A stretch of 64,000 nucleotides of DNA from Acidobacteriota bacterium (GCA_003224905.1 QIAA01000051.1:516-64515); one strand, 5' to 3'. Shown: positions 1 to 9,383, numbered from the stretch's first letter. The notes: generated from the sequence alone by a model not told the origin. Numbers and translations are program-made.

Positions 1-1252
1 ACCAGAAAGTATCGGTGGCGGAAACTGCATCGATATCGACGGTGGTCTGATCGAAGACGGCGGGGGTGATCTGCGAGGCGACAAAGCGCTGCCAGATCAG
101 CTTGTAAACCTTGTATTCATCTTCTTTCAGATATTGCTTGATCTGATCGGGATGGCGCATGGCCGAGGTTGGGCGGATGGCCTCGTGCGCACCTTGAGCT
201 TCCTTCTTCTCCTTATATGTATTGGGTGATTCCGGCAAATAAGAATCGCCATACTGCGATTTGATGTACTCACGGACCTCGGTCAGGGCGTCGTTCGAGA
301 CTCGGGTGGAGTCCGTACGCATGTAGGTGATGAGACCGATGGAGCCTTCCTCTCCCAGTTCGACGCCTTCGTAGAGGCGCTGGGCGATCATCATGGTACG
401 TTTCACGCTGAAGCGCAGTTTGCGTGAGGAGTCTTGCTGCAGCTTGCTGGTGGTGAAGGGAGCAGCCGCGTTGCGTCTGCGTTCTTTGCGGTCAACGGTG
501 CGAACTGTCCAGTCGGCTTTCTCAAGTGCGGCGCGGAGTTTCTCGGCTTCGTCGCCGTTCGGAATCTCGATCTTTTCTTCGCCTTTGCCGAGGAAGCGAG
601 CGTCGAAAGCTGGTGGCTTGGCGGCGGCAAGGTGGGCGTCGATCGTCCAGTATTCCTTCTTCTCGAAGGCTTTGATTTCGCGCTCGCGTTCAACGATCAG
701 GCGCAGCGCGACGGTTTGGACGCGACCAGCGGAGAGGCCACGGCGGACTTTGTCCCACAGCAAGGGAGAGACCTGATAGCCCACCAAACGATCCAGCACG
801 CGGCGGGCCTGCTGCGCGTCGACCAAGTGCTGATCGATGCTGCGAGGGTGCTCGAACGCCGCTTGGACGGCGCGCTTGGTGATCTCGTTGAAAGTAACGC
901 GGCGGAAGCGCTCGTCTTCCTCCGTTTTCTTTTTTCTTTTTTTCCTGGAGCCGTTGCCAAGTTCCTCAGCAAGGTGGGCGGCGATGGCCTCGCCTTCGCG
1001 GTCCGGGTCGGGGGCGAGATAAATGGTATCCGCCGAGAGGGCCAGCTTCTTCAGCTTGGCGACAACTTTCTCTTTGCCGGGGATGACGATGTATTCGGTT
1101 TCGAAGTCATTGTCGATGTCGACGCCCAGGGTGCTCTTGGGCAGATCTTTGACATGGCCGAGGGAAGCCTCGACTGTGTAGCCCTTTCCCAGATATTTTT
1201 CGATGGTCTTCGCCTTGGCAGGCGACTCGACTATTACTAAGCCCTTGGACAA
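1..1252 (-). CDS. topA: DNA topoisomerase I, N-terminal ~417 codons (gene continues past the window start)
   Basis: Absent from the ORF track because it runs off the window. My minus-strand translation from TTG at 1252 reads LSKGLVIVESPAKAKTIEKYLGKGYTVEASLGHVKDLP (Toprim). At the window edge it reads VYKLIWQRFVASQITPAVFDQTTVDIDAVSATDTFW. + strand ORF 434..1240 is its antisense shadow. Confidence 0.9.
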   Translation of the reverse strand, partial: MSKGLVIVESPAKAKTIEKYLGKGYTVEASLGHVKDLPKSTLGVDIDNDFETEYIVIPGKEKVVAKLKKLALSADTIYLAPDPDREGEAIAAHLAEELGNGSRKKRKKKTEEDERFRRVTFNEITKRAVQAAFEHPRSIDQHLVDAQQARRVLDRLVGYQVSPLLWDKVRRGLSAGRVQTVALRLIVEREREIKAFEKKEYWTIDAHLAAAKPPAFDARFLGKGEEKIEIPNGDEAEKLRAALEKADWTVRTVDRKERRRNAAAPFTTSKLQQDSSRKLRFSVKRTMMIAQRLYEGVELGEEGSIGLITYMRTDSTRVSNDALTEVREYIKSQYGDSYLPESPNTYKEKKEAQGAHEAIRPTSAMRHPDQIKQYLKEDEYKVYKLIWQRFVASQITPAVFDQTTVDIDAVSATDTFW

Positions 1253-1312
1253 CGTGACCTCGGTAGATGTGAAACTAGCATGAATGGGACAGAACTGTCA
1301 GCTACCCGCTTT

Positions 1313-1344
1313 AGCTCTTAGCTTTTAGCTCTTAGCTTTTAGCT
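1313..1344. repeat. Left arm of inverted repeat: 2.3 tandem copies of the 14-mer AGCTCTTAGCTTTT
   Basis: Read directly. 1320..1344 (AGCTTTTAGCTCTTAGCTTTTAGCT) is the perfect reverse complement of 1736..1760. It overlaps the stop and last five codons (LKAKS) of the four-helix-bundle gene. Confidence 0.9.
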
Positions 1345-1711
1345 GAACCACCTCAGCTCTCGGTTTGAGTCTTAGCGACAGCGACGACAGCATTCGCATC
1401 ACTTCGCTGAGATCCGACCGGAGGTGCTCGAAGCATGTCCTCGAGAGAAAATTCAAATCCCGCGCGAGTCGTAGATGATACGAAAGCTCTGCACCAGATC
1501 CCATTGCAATCTGTACAAATCTCGCCATTTCGGCGTCAGATCGTCTGCCACACCCCTCGGCGAGATTGGCGCCGATTGAAGAGCAAGACCTTTGAAATTG
1601 ACTCGTAAGCCCGAATCGTTCTTCGTTTGGAAAGCCTTGAGTACTTTTGTATATCGCAAGCGTCAGTCCATGCGCTTTCTGCCAAACTTGCAGGTCTTCG
1701 TAGTTTCTCAT
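1325..1711 (-). CDS. Four-helix-bundle protein (23S rRNA intervening-sequence protein / Avd-like family)
   Basis: 128 aa. YEDLQVWQKAHGLTLAIYKSTQGFPNEERFGLTSQFQRSCSSIGANLAEGCGRRS...FVQIAMGSGAELSYHL matches the family pattern LxVWQKA..IY..T..FP..E...L.SQ.RR...SI..N.AEG..R. Confidence 0.85.
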   Translation of the reverse strand: MRNYEDLQVWQKAHGLTLAIYKSTQGFPNEERFGLTSQFQRSCSSIGANLAEGCGRRSDAEMARFVQIAMGSGAELSYHLRLARDLNFLSRTCFEHLRSDLSEVMRMLSSLSLRLKPRAEVVQLKAKS

Positions 1712-1735
1712 AACAGCCCTCGGCCCTCGGGCTTG

Positions 1736-1760
1736 AGCTAAAAGCTAAGAGCTAAAAGCT
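1736..1760. repeat. Right arm of the 25-bp perfect inverted repeat
   Basis: AGCTAAAAGCTAAGAGCTAAAAGCT is the reverse complement of 1320..1344. It overlaps the dprA stop codon (1752..1754) and its last codons. Confidence 0.9.
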
Positions 1761-2993
1761 TTTAACAAAATTCTTGCCCGGAAGCTGCCTGACTTTGCCC
1801 GCGAGTTCCAATTCAAATAAGGCTGCGAAGATTTCGGAAGAGGAAAGCTCCCGCTCCAACTTCTCGACCACTTCGTCGATGTGAGTCGCTTCGTCGGCTT
1901 TCAGGAGGCGCAGTATTTTGCGCTCGTGCGGCCCCAACTCCGCTTCTCCGAATAGAGATGCGGTTTGAACGCCGTTGGATTCATTGCCGGCCGAGGGCTG
2001 GAGCGCAAGTCGCACATCTGCCGGTAGTTCCTCCCAAACATCGTCCCATGTAGCAACCAGTTTGGCGCCCTGCTTGATTAGCGTATTCGGACCCCAGGAA
2101 TTCTTGTTTGTGACGTTACCAGGAACGGCGTAAAGATCGCGATTCTGTTCCAGGGCGCAGCGCGAGGTGATACGCGTGCCACTGTACTCTGCGGCTTCCA
2201 CTACAAGCACACCTAGAGAGATCCCACTGATGATTCGGTTGCGGATAGGAAAATTCTGTGGGGCCGGGAAGGTGTTCAGCGGGAATTCGGAGATGATTGC
2301 ACCTCCAAGCCCGAGCATTTGTTCCACTAAACGGCGGTTCTCTTTGGGATAAATTTCGTCAACACCAGTGCCGAAAACAGCGACTGTCTTGCCTTTTGCT
2401 GTGATTGCGCCGCGGTGGGCAGCCGCATCAACTCCTCGGGCTAAGCCGCTGAAAATCACTAAACCGCGCGCGGCCAGATCACAAGCGAGGCGTTCGGCCA
2501 TGCCCAGCCCGTAGGGTGTGGGATGACGCGTACCGACGACTGCGATTCCGGGCTGCGAGATCGCTTGCGAGTTTCCGCGCACATACAGAATAAGGGGCGG
2601 ATCATAGATTTGCTTTAGCTGCGCCGGGTAGGCGGAATCGTCAAAGCAGAGGAGTGAAACATCAGCTTGCGCTGCGCGTCCAAGTTCGTCGTGCGCCAAT
2701 TCCAGCGAACGGCCAGTCGCGAGCGATTGAGCAGAGACGGCCTGCATACCAGTGCCTTCCAGCTCGGTGAGCGTTGCCTTAAGCACGTTTTCTGCGCTGC
2801 CAAAATGTTCGGCGATTTTGCGGGCCTTCAGTGGGCCTAAGCCAGGAGTAAGGGAAAGCGCCAACCAATGCAGGACGGGAGCATCAGCGGTAGTGGCACG
2901 TACTGTAGCGGCCTCTGGCAAAGCAACACCTCCGGATATAACTTTCGCGGACTCTATACATGACTGAAAAGCTCTGTCAAGGTAAGCCGACAC
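1752..2993 (-). CDS. dprA: DNA-processing protein DprA (Smf)
   Basis: 413 aa. Rossmann-like core GIAVVGTRHPTPYG...IFSGLARGVDAAAHRGA...AVFGTGVDEIYPKEN...LISEFP, plus a C-terminal winged-helix-like tail. Confidence 0.9.
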   Translation of the reverse strand: MSAYLDRAFQSCIESAKVISGGVALPEAATVRATTADAPVLHWLALSLTPGLGPLKARKIAEHFGSAENVLKATLTELEGTGMQAVSAQSLATGRSLELAHDELGRAAQADVSLLCFDDSAYPAQLKQIYDPPLILYVRGNSQAISQPGIAVVGTRHPTPYGLGMAERLACDLAARGLVIFSGLARGVDAAAHRGAITAKGKTVAVFGTGVDEIYPKENRRLVEQMLGLGGAIISEFPLNTFPAPQNFPIRNRIISGISLGVLVVEAAEYSGTRITSRCALEQNRDLYAVPGNVTNKNSWGPNTLIKQGAKLVATWDDVWEELPADVRLALQPSAGNESNGVQTASLFGEAELGPHERKILRLLKADEATHIDEVVEKLERELSSSEIFAALFELELAGKVRQLPGKNFVKSF

Positions 2994-3020
2994 ATTGCTT
3001 TGTTAGAATCGAACATAGGA

Positions 3021-3860
3021 ATGAAACGTCTTCGCATTTCTGCGATTTCCTACTTGAATACTGCTCCGCTCATGTGGGATTTTGAGCATGGGGATGCAGG
3101 GTCGGCATTCGAGATTTCCTACACTTTGCCTTCAGGCTGTGCGGCGGCCCTGGCAGACGGGTCGGCCGATATTGGGATCATTCCGGCTGCGGCGTACGCC
3201 ACGATCCCAGGGCTGGTGATTCTTCCTGAAGTGGCCATTGCGGCGCGTGGCCCAGTGCGATCCATCCTGCTGGTCTGCAAAGTTCCACTTGAAAATGTGA
3301 GCTCGGTAGCCCTCGATTCTTCCTCACTAACTTCGGTTGCGCTGACAAGAGTGTTGTTCAAGAAGTGGTGGGGAGCAGGCAGAAGATTCAGCTCCACGGC
3401 GCCGAATCTAGAGCGCATGCTCGAGGAGTGTGACGCGGCTCTGTTGATTGGAGATTCTGCCCTTAAAATAAATCGGACACGCTACCTCACCTACGATCTT
3501 GCGGAGGAATGGGTCCGGCTCACGAATAAACCTTTCGTTTTCGCGTTCTGGGCAGTGCGTCAAGCTGCCCTGGAAGAATGCTCTCCGACTCTGGATCTGA
3601 GTTCTGTATTCAAGCAATCGCGCGATCACGGACTGCTCACAAAGAATGTCGCCGATATCGCAAAGGAGTGGAGCCCGCGTATTGGACTGGACGAAAATGA
3701 GGTGAGGAGCTATTTGACCGAGAACATTCATTATCAGGTGGACCCAGAGTGCATCGAAGGTTTAAGCCTCTTTTATAGCTATGCCCAGGAATGCGGAGTG
3801 TTGCCTTCTGCACGGCCGCTGCAATTTCTCGAAAGTCCGAAATCCGCATTCGTTCAGTAG
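3021..3860 (+). CDS. mqnA: Chorismate dehydratase MqnA (futalosine pathway)
   Basis: MKRLRISAISYLNTAPLMWDF is a typical MqnA N-terminus (VitK2_biosynth family). ATG at 3021 is preferred over the TTG at 3000, which would sit 6 nt from the dprA start. Confidence 0.8.
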   Translation: MKRLRISAISYLNTAPLMWDFEHGDAGSAFEISYTLPSGCAAALADGSADIGIIPAAAYATIPGLVILPEVAIAARGPVRSILLVCKVPLENVSSVALDSSSLTSVALTRVLFKKWWGAGRRFSSTAPNLERMLEECDAALLIGDSALKINRTRYLTYDLAEEWVRLTNKPFVFAFWAVRQAALEECSPTLDLSSVFKQSRDHGLLTKNVADIAKEWSPRIGLDENEVRSYLTENIHYQVDPECIEGLSLFYSYAQECGVLPSARPLQFLESPKSAFVQ

Positions 3861-3905
3861 TGGCTCGGACCACTCAGAGTGGAAATTCTGCCTCTAACGT
3901 GAACC

Positions 3906-4556
3906 ATGCTGGCGCATCTCCACGTGCTATTCGCAGGAACTACTTTGAACTGGGTTCGGCGCCTGGGCGGTCCGGGACTAGTATTGTTGGGATTTGCCGA
4001 CAATTCTGTCGTGCCGCTGCCGGGGAGCATGGACGTGCTGACAATCTGGCTGGCTGCTCGACATCGTGACCTCTGGCCCTACTACGCTTTTATGGCCACC
4101 GCGGGTGCTGTGCTAGGCGGCTACGTCACCTATTCGCTAGGGCGCAAAGGAGGGAAGCAGGCGATCGAACGCAAATTGCACAAAGACCGGGCGCAGAGAC
4201 TCTTCAGCCGCTTCAGCCACTGGGGATTCAGGACGGTCTTCTTCAGCGCAATGCTGCCGCCCCCGTTTCCCATGGTGCCGGTCCTGCTGGCCGCAGGCGC
4301 ATTTCAATATTCGCGCAAGAAGTTTGTAGGAGCACTGGCCGCCGGCCGTGGTGTTCGATACACACTCGCCGCCGGCTTAGGTTCGCTCTACGGACGACAC
4401 ATCGTTGTGTTCTTCTCGCGCTACTACAAGCCGGCGCTAATGGTCCTAGTGAGCCTGGCCCTGCTGGGAGGAATTCTGACTCTGCTCGAATACCTGCGCT
4501 CGCGGCGGGGCCGACAACGGCAGCCGGAGCCGGTCTCGCATGGCCGCGCAGCCTGA
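3906..4556 (+). CDS. YqaA/DedA-type (SNARE-associated) membrane protein
   Basis: 216 aa, multi-TM. GFADNSVVPLPGSMDVLTIWLAA...ATAGAVLGGYVTYSLGRKGG resembles the YqaA family core. Confidence 0.6.
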   Translation: MLAHLHVLFAGTTLNWVRRLGGPGLVLLGFADNSVVPLPGSMDVLTIWLAARHRDLWPYYAFMATAGAVLGGYVTYSLGRKGGKQAIERKLHKDRAQRLFSRFSHWGFRTVFFSAMLPPPFPMVPVLLAAGAFQYSRKKFVGALAAGRGVRYTLAAGLGSLYGRHIVVFFSRYYKPALMVLVSLALLGGILTLLEYLRSRRGRQRQPEPVSHGRAA

Positions 4557-4577
4557 CCCTGCTGTTCAGCAGCCCAC

Positions 4578-5069
4578 TCACAAATGCAGAAAAAAGACGG
4601 GGGCCATGGATGCGAGCGCAGCTCCGGCTTGCAGTGCGAGTACATAAAGCGTCTGCCTTGGGGCTCGCGGCAGCCACTTGATTGCGAAGAATGCCAATAC
4701 CGGCATCTGACCAGCCATGAGTAGCTGCCAGATATGTGCAATCGATCCCTCATCTGGCGCGCGTACAAGGCCGCCGTGCCCCGTGGCCAAGCCAAAGATA
4801 TAGGCGCCGCCTAGAATGGCCAGCGCGGTGAGCGACATTGCCATTGGAACAAAGGCGCTCGGCTGCCTGACGATGGTGCCGAAGGAACGGTCCATTTTGC
4901 CTCCTACAGTCGGGAAAATACGCTCCCAAAGTGCCGACTGAACCACATCTATCAGCGCCCAAATGCCGCCGTTGCTGCGTTGCAGAAACCCCTCAAACTC
5001 CTCGCCATAGCGTTCTCTCCAGGCACGCGGATACAGGCGCGTCAACAGGCGAGTGAATCTCAAGGTCAC
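4578..5069 (-). CDS. Hypothetical membrane protein co-transcribed with PadR
   Basis: 163 aa. Its start overlaps the PadR stop (ATGA at 5066..5069). The N-terminus LYPRAWRERYGEEF is followed by hydrophobic helices. Confidence 0.5.
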   Translation of the reverse strand: MTLRFTRLLTRLYPRAWRERYGEEFEGFLQRSNGGIWALIDVVQSALWERIFPTVGGKMDRSFGTIVRQPSAFVPMAMSLTALAILGGAYIFGLATGHGGLVRAPDEGSIAHIWQLLMAGQMPVLAFFAIKWLPRAPRQTLYVLALQAGAALASMAPVFFLHL

Positions 5070-5401
5070 GCCTCCAACCTCTCCAGTCCGGCCTTTGCGA
5101 ACTGCCGAAGGGTGGTCAGTTTGGCGCGGAGAACGCGCAGACCCACAGCAGTAATGCGATAGGGCCGGCGTCGCTCCTCAGGGGGAAGTGGCTCGATCCA
5201 ACCCTGCTGCTCCAGGCGGGCAATCGCTCCGTATAGCGTTCCCGGCCCGAGACGGGTTCCGCAAAGGCGCACAATATCTTCGATCATCGCGTGCCCGTGT
5301 TTCGGTCCACTGGCGAGACTGGCCAGCACAAGCAGCGGCGGATCGGAATAGTGGCCCAGCCCCGAGTCCTGTTTCTGTGCTACGTCTTGCGTACTACGCA
5401 T
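5066..5401 (-). CDS. PadR family transcriptional regulator
   Basis: LLVLASLASGPKHGHAMIEDI...GPGTLYGAIARLEQQGWIE...RRPYRITAVG is a PadR winged helix. I place the start at the ATG at 5401 (MRSTQD). The longer track ORF reaching 5536 would abut the mqnC start at 5535. Confidence 0.8.
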   Translation of the reverse strand: MRSTQDVAQKQDSGLGHYSDPPLLVLASLASGPKHGHAMIEDIVRLCGTRLGPGTLYGAIARLEQQGWIEPLPPEERRRPYRITAVGLRVLRAKLTTLRQFAKAGLERLEA

Positions 5402-5534
5402 GACGTAGTTATTGCACAAGTCTGAACTCTGCTGCAAGGAGAATTTTCGTCCGGCGTGATTAGGCGTCCGGACGAGGGATGCGGGGGTCGGAGTTGGAGG
5501 CTCTGCGACGCCTCCGCTAGAATGATGTTTCACC

Positions 5535-6581
5535 ATGTCACTGACCCGCCAGCAAGCCCTCGATCTCTATCGCTCCGACGACCTGATCGGGATCGGGATG
5601 GAAGCCGATGGTGTGCGGCGCAAGCTGCACCCTCAGCACGTAGTTACCTACATCATTGACCGCAATATTAATTACACGAATTTCTGCACCGAATATTGTA
5701 CGTTTTGCGCGTTCTATCGTCCGCTGAAAGGCGTACGGGCGAAAGACGGTTATATCCTCGATTACGAGACCATTTACGACAAGATTCGTGAGACGGTGGA
5801 ACTTGGCGGGACGGGCGTGTTGATGCAGGGCGGGCTGCATCCCGATCTCAAGATTGACTGGCATGAGAAGATGCTGCGCGGCATCAAGCAGCGTTTTCCG
5901 AAAGTGCATCTGCACTGCTATTCGGCCTCGGAGATCATCGCTATCGCGGAATACAGCGGGCTTCCGATACGAGACACGATCGCGCGATTACGGGATGCTG
6001 GACTGGATTCGATCCCGGGTGGAGGGGCGGAGATCCTGGATGATGAAGTCCGCTACCGGATTGCCCGACTGAAGTGCCTGACAGATGACTGGCTGAACGT
6101 GCATCGCACGGCTCACCAGCTGGGGATGAGAACGACTGCGACCATGATGTTTGGTGTGGGCGAGAGCTATGAGCACCGGGTAAATCACTTTCAGCGGCTT
6201 TACGAGCTGCAGGAGGAGACCGGCGGCTTCACGGCATTTATTCCCTGGACCTTCCAGCCTGCGAATACTGCTCTCGGCGGGCGGCAGTGGGATGAGGCAA
6301 CTGCAGTTGAATATCTAAAAGTCTTGGCTATCTCACGGCTGTATCTTTCAAACTTCCTCAATGTGCAATCGAGTTGGGTGACGCAGGGACTCAAAGTCTG
6401 CCAGCTGGGATTGCGCTTCGGGGGGAACGATGTTGGGTCAGTAATGCTGGAAGAGAATGTGGTGCGTGCGGCCGGCGTCACGAATTGCACTACAGAAGAA
6501 GAGCTGCGCCGCATGATTCGTGATGCGGGGTTCAAGCCGGTGCAGCGGGACACGTTGTACAGAACGTACTTTTTGAATTGA
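5535..6581 (+). CDS. mqnC: Radical SAM menaquinone enzyme, most likely cyclic dehypoxanthinyl futalosine synthase MqnC (MqnE not excluded)
   Basis: 348 aa. VVTYIIDRNINYTNFCTEYCTFCAFYRP carries the CxxxCxxC cluster, and the length fits MqnC. Confidence 0.7.
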   Translation: MSLTRQQALDLYRSDDLIGIGMEADGVRRKLHPQHVVTYIIDRNINYTNFCTEYCTFCAFYRPLKGVRAKDGYILDYETIYDKIRETVELGGTGVLMQGGLHPDLKIDWHEKMLRGIKQRFPKVHLHCYSASEIIAIAEYSGLPIRDTIARLRDAGLDSIPGGGAEILDDEVRYRIARLKCLTDDWLNVHRTAHQLGMRTTATMMFGVGESYEHRVNHFQRLYELQEETGGFTAFIPWTFQPANTALGGRQWDEATAVEYLKVLAISRLYLSNFLNVQSSWVTQGLKVCQLGLRFGGNDVGSVMLEENVVRAAGVTNCTTEEELRRMIRDAGFKPVQRDTLYRTYFLN

Positions 6582-6609
6582 CTACCGAGGAACGAAGTAA
6601 GTCTATCCT

Positions 6610-8232
6610 GTGAACAGCCACTTCCCTTCTGCTTTTGGACTCTTCGCAATTACGCGTGGCCTTGGGCAGTACATACGCAATCATTTTCTTGATACGACTT
6701 TCAAGAATGTGTACCAGACCGACGCCTTCGATCTGGCTTTGCTTATTCCCTATTTCGTAGTCCTGATTTTGTTGGCCTCGTACGGAGTGCACCGCTACAT
6801 GCTGGTCTATCTTTATTATAAGAACAAGAGCAAGCGGACTACGGAACCGCCGGAGCGATTTTCAGAGTTACCTCGGGTCACCATTCAGCTGCCCCTGTTC
6901 AATGAGCAGTTTGTCGCGGAGCGCCTGCTGAACACAATCTGTGAGTTGAAGTATCCCCTGGATAAGCTTGATATTCAGGTACTTGATGACTCAACAGATG
7001 AGACACAGGCGGTCGCCCGAAGACTAGTTGAGCACTATGTGGATTGCGGATTTTCGATCAGCTATCACCATCGCACTGATCGTGCAGGGTACAAAGCGGG
7101 AGCGCTGGCGGAAGGCCTGAAAGCTGCGAAGGGCGAGTTTATCGCGATCTTTGACGCGGATTTCGTTCCGCCGGAAGATTTCCTGCTTCGCACCATTCAC
7201 CACTTTACGGATCCGAAAGTTGGCATGGTGCAGACCCGCTGGACACACATCAACCGCAATTATTCATTTCTGACCGAAGTTGAGGCCATTCTGCTCGACG
7301 GTCATTTTGTACTAGAACATGCAGGACGGGCGCGCAGCGGGGTGTTCTTCAATTTCAATGGGACGGCAGGAATCTGGCGGCGGGCGGCGGTTGAAGATGC
7401 CGGGGGCTGGCAGCACGACACGCTGACCGAAGATACGGATCTTTCTTATCGGGCGCAACTGAAGGGGTGGAAATTTGTTTATCTGCAGGACGTGGAGTGT
7501 CCGGCAGAGTTGCCCATCGAGATGACCGCGTTCAAGACGCAGCAGGCACGCTGGGCTAAGGGCCTGATTCAGACGGGAAGGAAAGTCTTGCCGCGAGTGC
7601 TCAAGAGTGACCAGCCTTTTCGCGTGAAGCTGGAGGCCTGGTATCACTTGACCGCGAATTTGAGTTATCCGCTGATGATTATCCTTTCCGTGCTGCTGTT
7701 GCCGGCAATGGTGATCCGTTTTTACCAAGGCTGGTTTCAGATGGTTTATATCGACCTGCCATTGTTTGTGGCTTCGACTTTTTCGATCTCAAGTTTCTAT
7801 CTGGTATCGCAGCGGGAGTTGTTTCCGAAGACCTGGCCGCGGGCGCTGCTGTACTTGCCTTTCCTGATGGCGTTGGGCATTGGCCTGACGATTACGAACA
7901 CGCGCGCCGTGATCGAGGCCTTGCTGGGCAAGCAGACGGCGTTCGCGCGGACGCCGAAATACCGCGTGGAATCAAGAAAGGATAAAGTTCTACTTACGAC
8001 GTACCGGCGGCGGTTGGGCTGGGTGCCGTGGGTGGAGCTTCTGATTGGCGGTTACTTTGCGCTAACGGTTTACTACGCGGTACAAAACGAAAACTACATA
8101 ACGGTGCCCTTTCTGACGCTATTTGTGGCGGGATACTGGTACACGGGGCTAATGTCGCTTCTGCAAGGGCGTTTCGCGGGATTGTCGCTTGGCACGGAAG
8201 CGCATAGCAAGCCGTTTCCTGTCGGCGTTTAA
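6610..8232 (+). CDS. Processive family-2 glycosyltransferase, CslA-like (beta-mannan/glucomannan synthase-like)
   Basis: 540 aa with a GTG start. Motifs: LDDSTDET, FDADFVP, TEDTDLSYRAQLKGWKFVYL, QQARWAKG (D,D,D,QxxRW). TM helices at the N- and C-termini. Confidence 0.85.
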   Translation: MNSHFPSAFGLFAITRGLGQYIRNHFLDTTFKNVYQTDAFDLALLIPYFVVLILLASYGVHRYMLVYLYYKNKSKRTTEPPERFSELPRVTIQLPLFNEQFVAERLLNTICELKYPLDKLDIQVLDDSTDETQAVARRLVEHYVDCGFSISYHHRTDRAGYKAGALAEGLKAAKGEFIAIFDADFVPPEDFLLRTIHHFTDPKVGMVQTRWTHINRNYSFLTEVEAILLDGHFVLEHAGRARSGVFFNFNGTAGIWRRAAVEDAGGWQHDTLTEDTDLSYRAQLKGWKFVYLQDVECPAELPIEMTAFKTQQARWAKGLIQTGRKVLPRVLKSDQPFRVKLEAWYHLTANLSYPLMIILSVLLLPAMVIRFYQGWFQMVYIDLPLFVASTFSISSFYLVSQRELFPKTWPRALLYLPFLMALGIGLTITNTRAVIEALLGKQTAFARTPKYRVESRKDKVLLTTYRRRLGWVPWVELLIGGYFALTVYYAVQNENYITVPFLTLFVAGYWYTGLMSLLQGRFAGLSLGTEAHSKPFPVGV

Positions 8233-8315
8233 TTACGCCGTTTCCTTTCCTTGCACCCGGGTTTAGAATGCCAACCGTTTCGCGCGTCGGACTCTTGTGC
8301 TTACAGGAGGGATCG

Positions 8316-9314
8316 ATGAAGCACCGAAGTCTGTTGGCTGTGATCCTGCCGGGTATTCTTCTTCCGCTTCTCAGCTGTGGATCGACACATGATCCTGACG
8401 AGAAGTATTTTCTGATTTCGACCAACATTCAGGTGCCGTATTGGCAAACCGCAGGGGCAGGTTTTTCGCAAGCCTCACGGCAGCTCAGGGTGCAATCCGT
8501 ATTTTCCGGACCTGATTCCTACGATCCGAAGGCACAGCAGCAAGCGTTGCGCGAGGCGGTTCAGAAAAAGGCCACAGGAATCCTGATTTCCGCGGCGGAC
8601 CCTGAGCTGATGAAGGGCGACATCGATCAAGCGATTGCTGCGGGGATTCCGGTGATTACGATTGATTCGGACGCTCCCGGAAGCAAGCGTCTGTTTTTCA
8701 TTGGCACGAATAATTATCAGGCTGGTATGACGGGCGGACAGAGGCTGGCGAAAGAGCTGAACGGGAAAGGCAACGTGGCGGTGTTTACCATGCCATCGCA
8801 GGCCAATCTGAACGAGCGCCTTCGCGGGTATCGGGATGTGCTGGCGTCTACTCCCGGCATCAAAATCGGCCGGATTGTGGACATCAAGGGAGATCCACGA
8901 GTGGCTTTTGATACGGCGACGCAACTCCTGGGCAACGATAAGAAAGAGAAGATTGACGCGTTCGTCTGTCTGGAGGCGCTCTCAGGCAAGGAAGTGGCGA
9001 CGGTGCTAAGCAACAACGGAGCGAAGGGTAAAGTTATTATTGCCATGGACACGGATCCGGACACGCTGGAGTGGATACAGAAGGGCGTGATCTCCGCCAC
9101 GATTTCGCAAAAGCCTTATACGATGACCTACTTCGGACTAAGGATGCTGGACAATCTATATCATCAGAAGCTGCAAAATCTGACTACGGACTGGTCCAAA
9201 GATAGCTTTGCTCCCATACCCGCCTTCGTGGATACCGGTTCCTCGGTTGTGGACAAGAGCAACGTGGACGCCTTCCAAGCCACGGCGAAGTCTGTGACCG
9301 GGAGTCCGAAATAG
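8316..9314 (+). CDS. Periplasmic sugar-binding lipoprotein (PBP1/LacI-type ABC substrate-binding protein), orphan
   Basis: AGGAGG sits upstream of the ATG at 8316. Lipobox LPLLSCGS. The body resembles ribose/galactose-binding proteins. No permease or ATPase gene is adjacent. Confidence 0.75.
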   Translation: MKHRSLLAVILPGILLPLLSCGSTHDPDEKYFLISTNIQVPYWQTAGAGFSQASRQLRVQSVFSGPDSYDPKAQQQALREAVQKKATGILISAADPELMKGDIDQAIAAGIPVITIDSDAPGSKRLFFIGTNNYQAGMTGGQRLAKELNGKGNVAVFTMPSQANLNERLRGYRDVLASTPGIKIGRIVDIKGDPRVAFDTATQLLGNDKKEKIDAFVCLEALSGKEVATVLSNNGAKGKVIIAMDTDPDTLEWIQKGVISATISQKPYTMTYFGLRMLDNLYHQKLQNLTTDWSKDSFAPIPAFVDTGSSVVDKSNVDAFQATAKSVTGSPK

Positions 9315-9383
9315 ATAGTAAGAGCGTCGTTGGTCGTTCGTCGTTGGCGGAGACGAAAGGCTCTCCTTTCGAGGCATACCTTA

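Noticed and set aside
434-1240. 268-aa + strand ORF (and smaller ORFs at 393-1022)
   Set aside because: It is antisense to a clearly recognisable topA reading frame. The translation is Ala/Gly/Leu/Arg-rich with no family motifs, typical of shadow ORFs in GC-rich DNA.
1325-1711. Diversity-generating retroelement, suggested by the Avd-like four-helix-bundle protein
   Set aside because: No reverse transcriptase gene and no template/variable repeat pair are visible anywhere in the window. The only repeats around the gene are the flanking inverted repeats.
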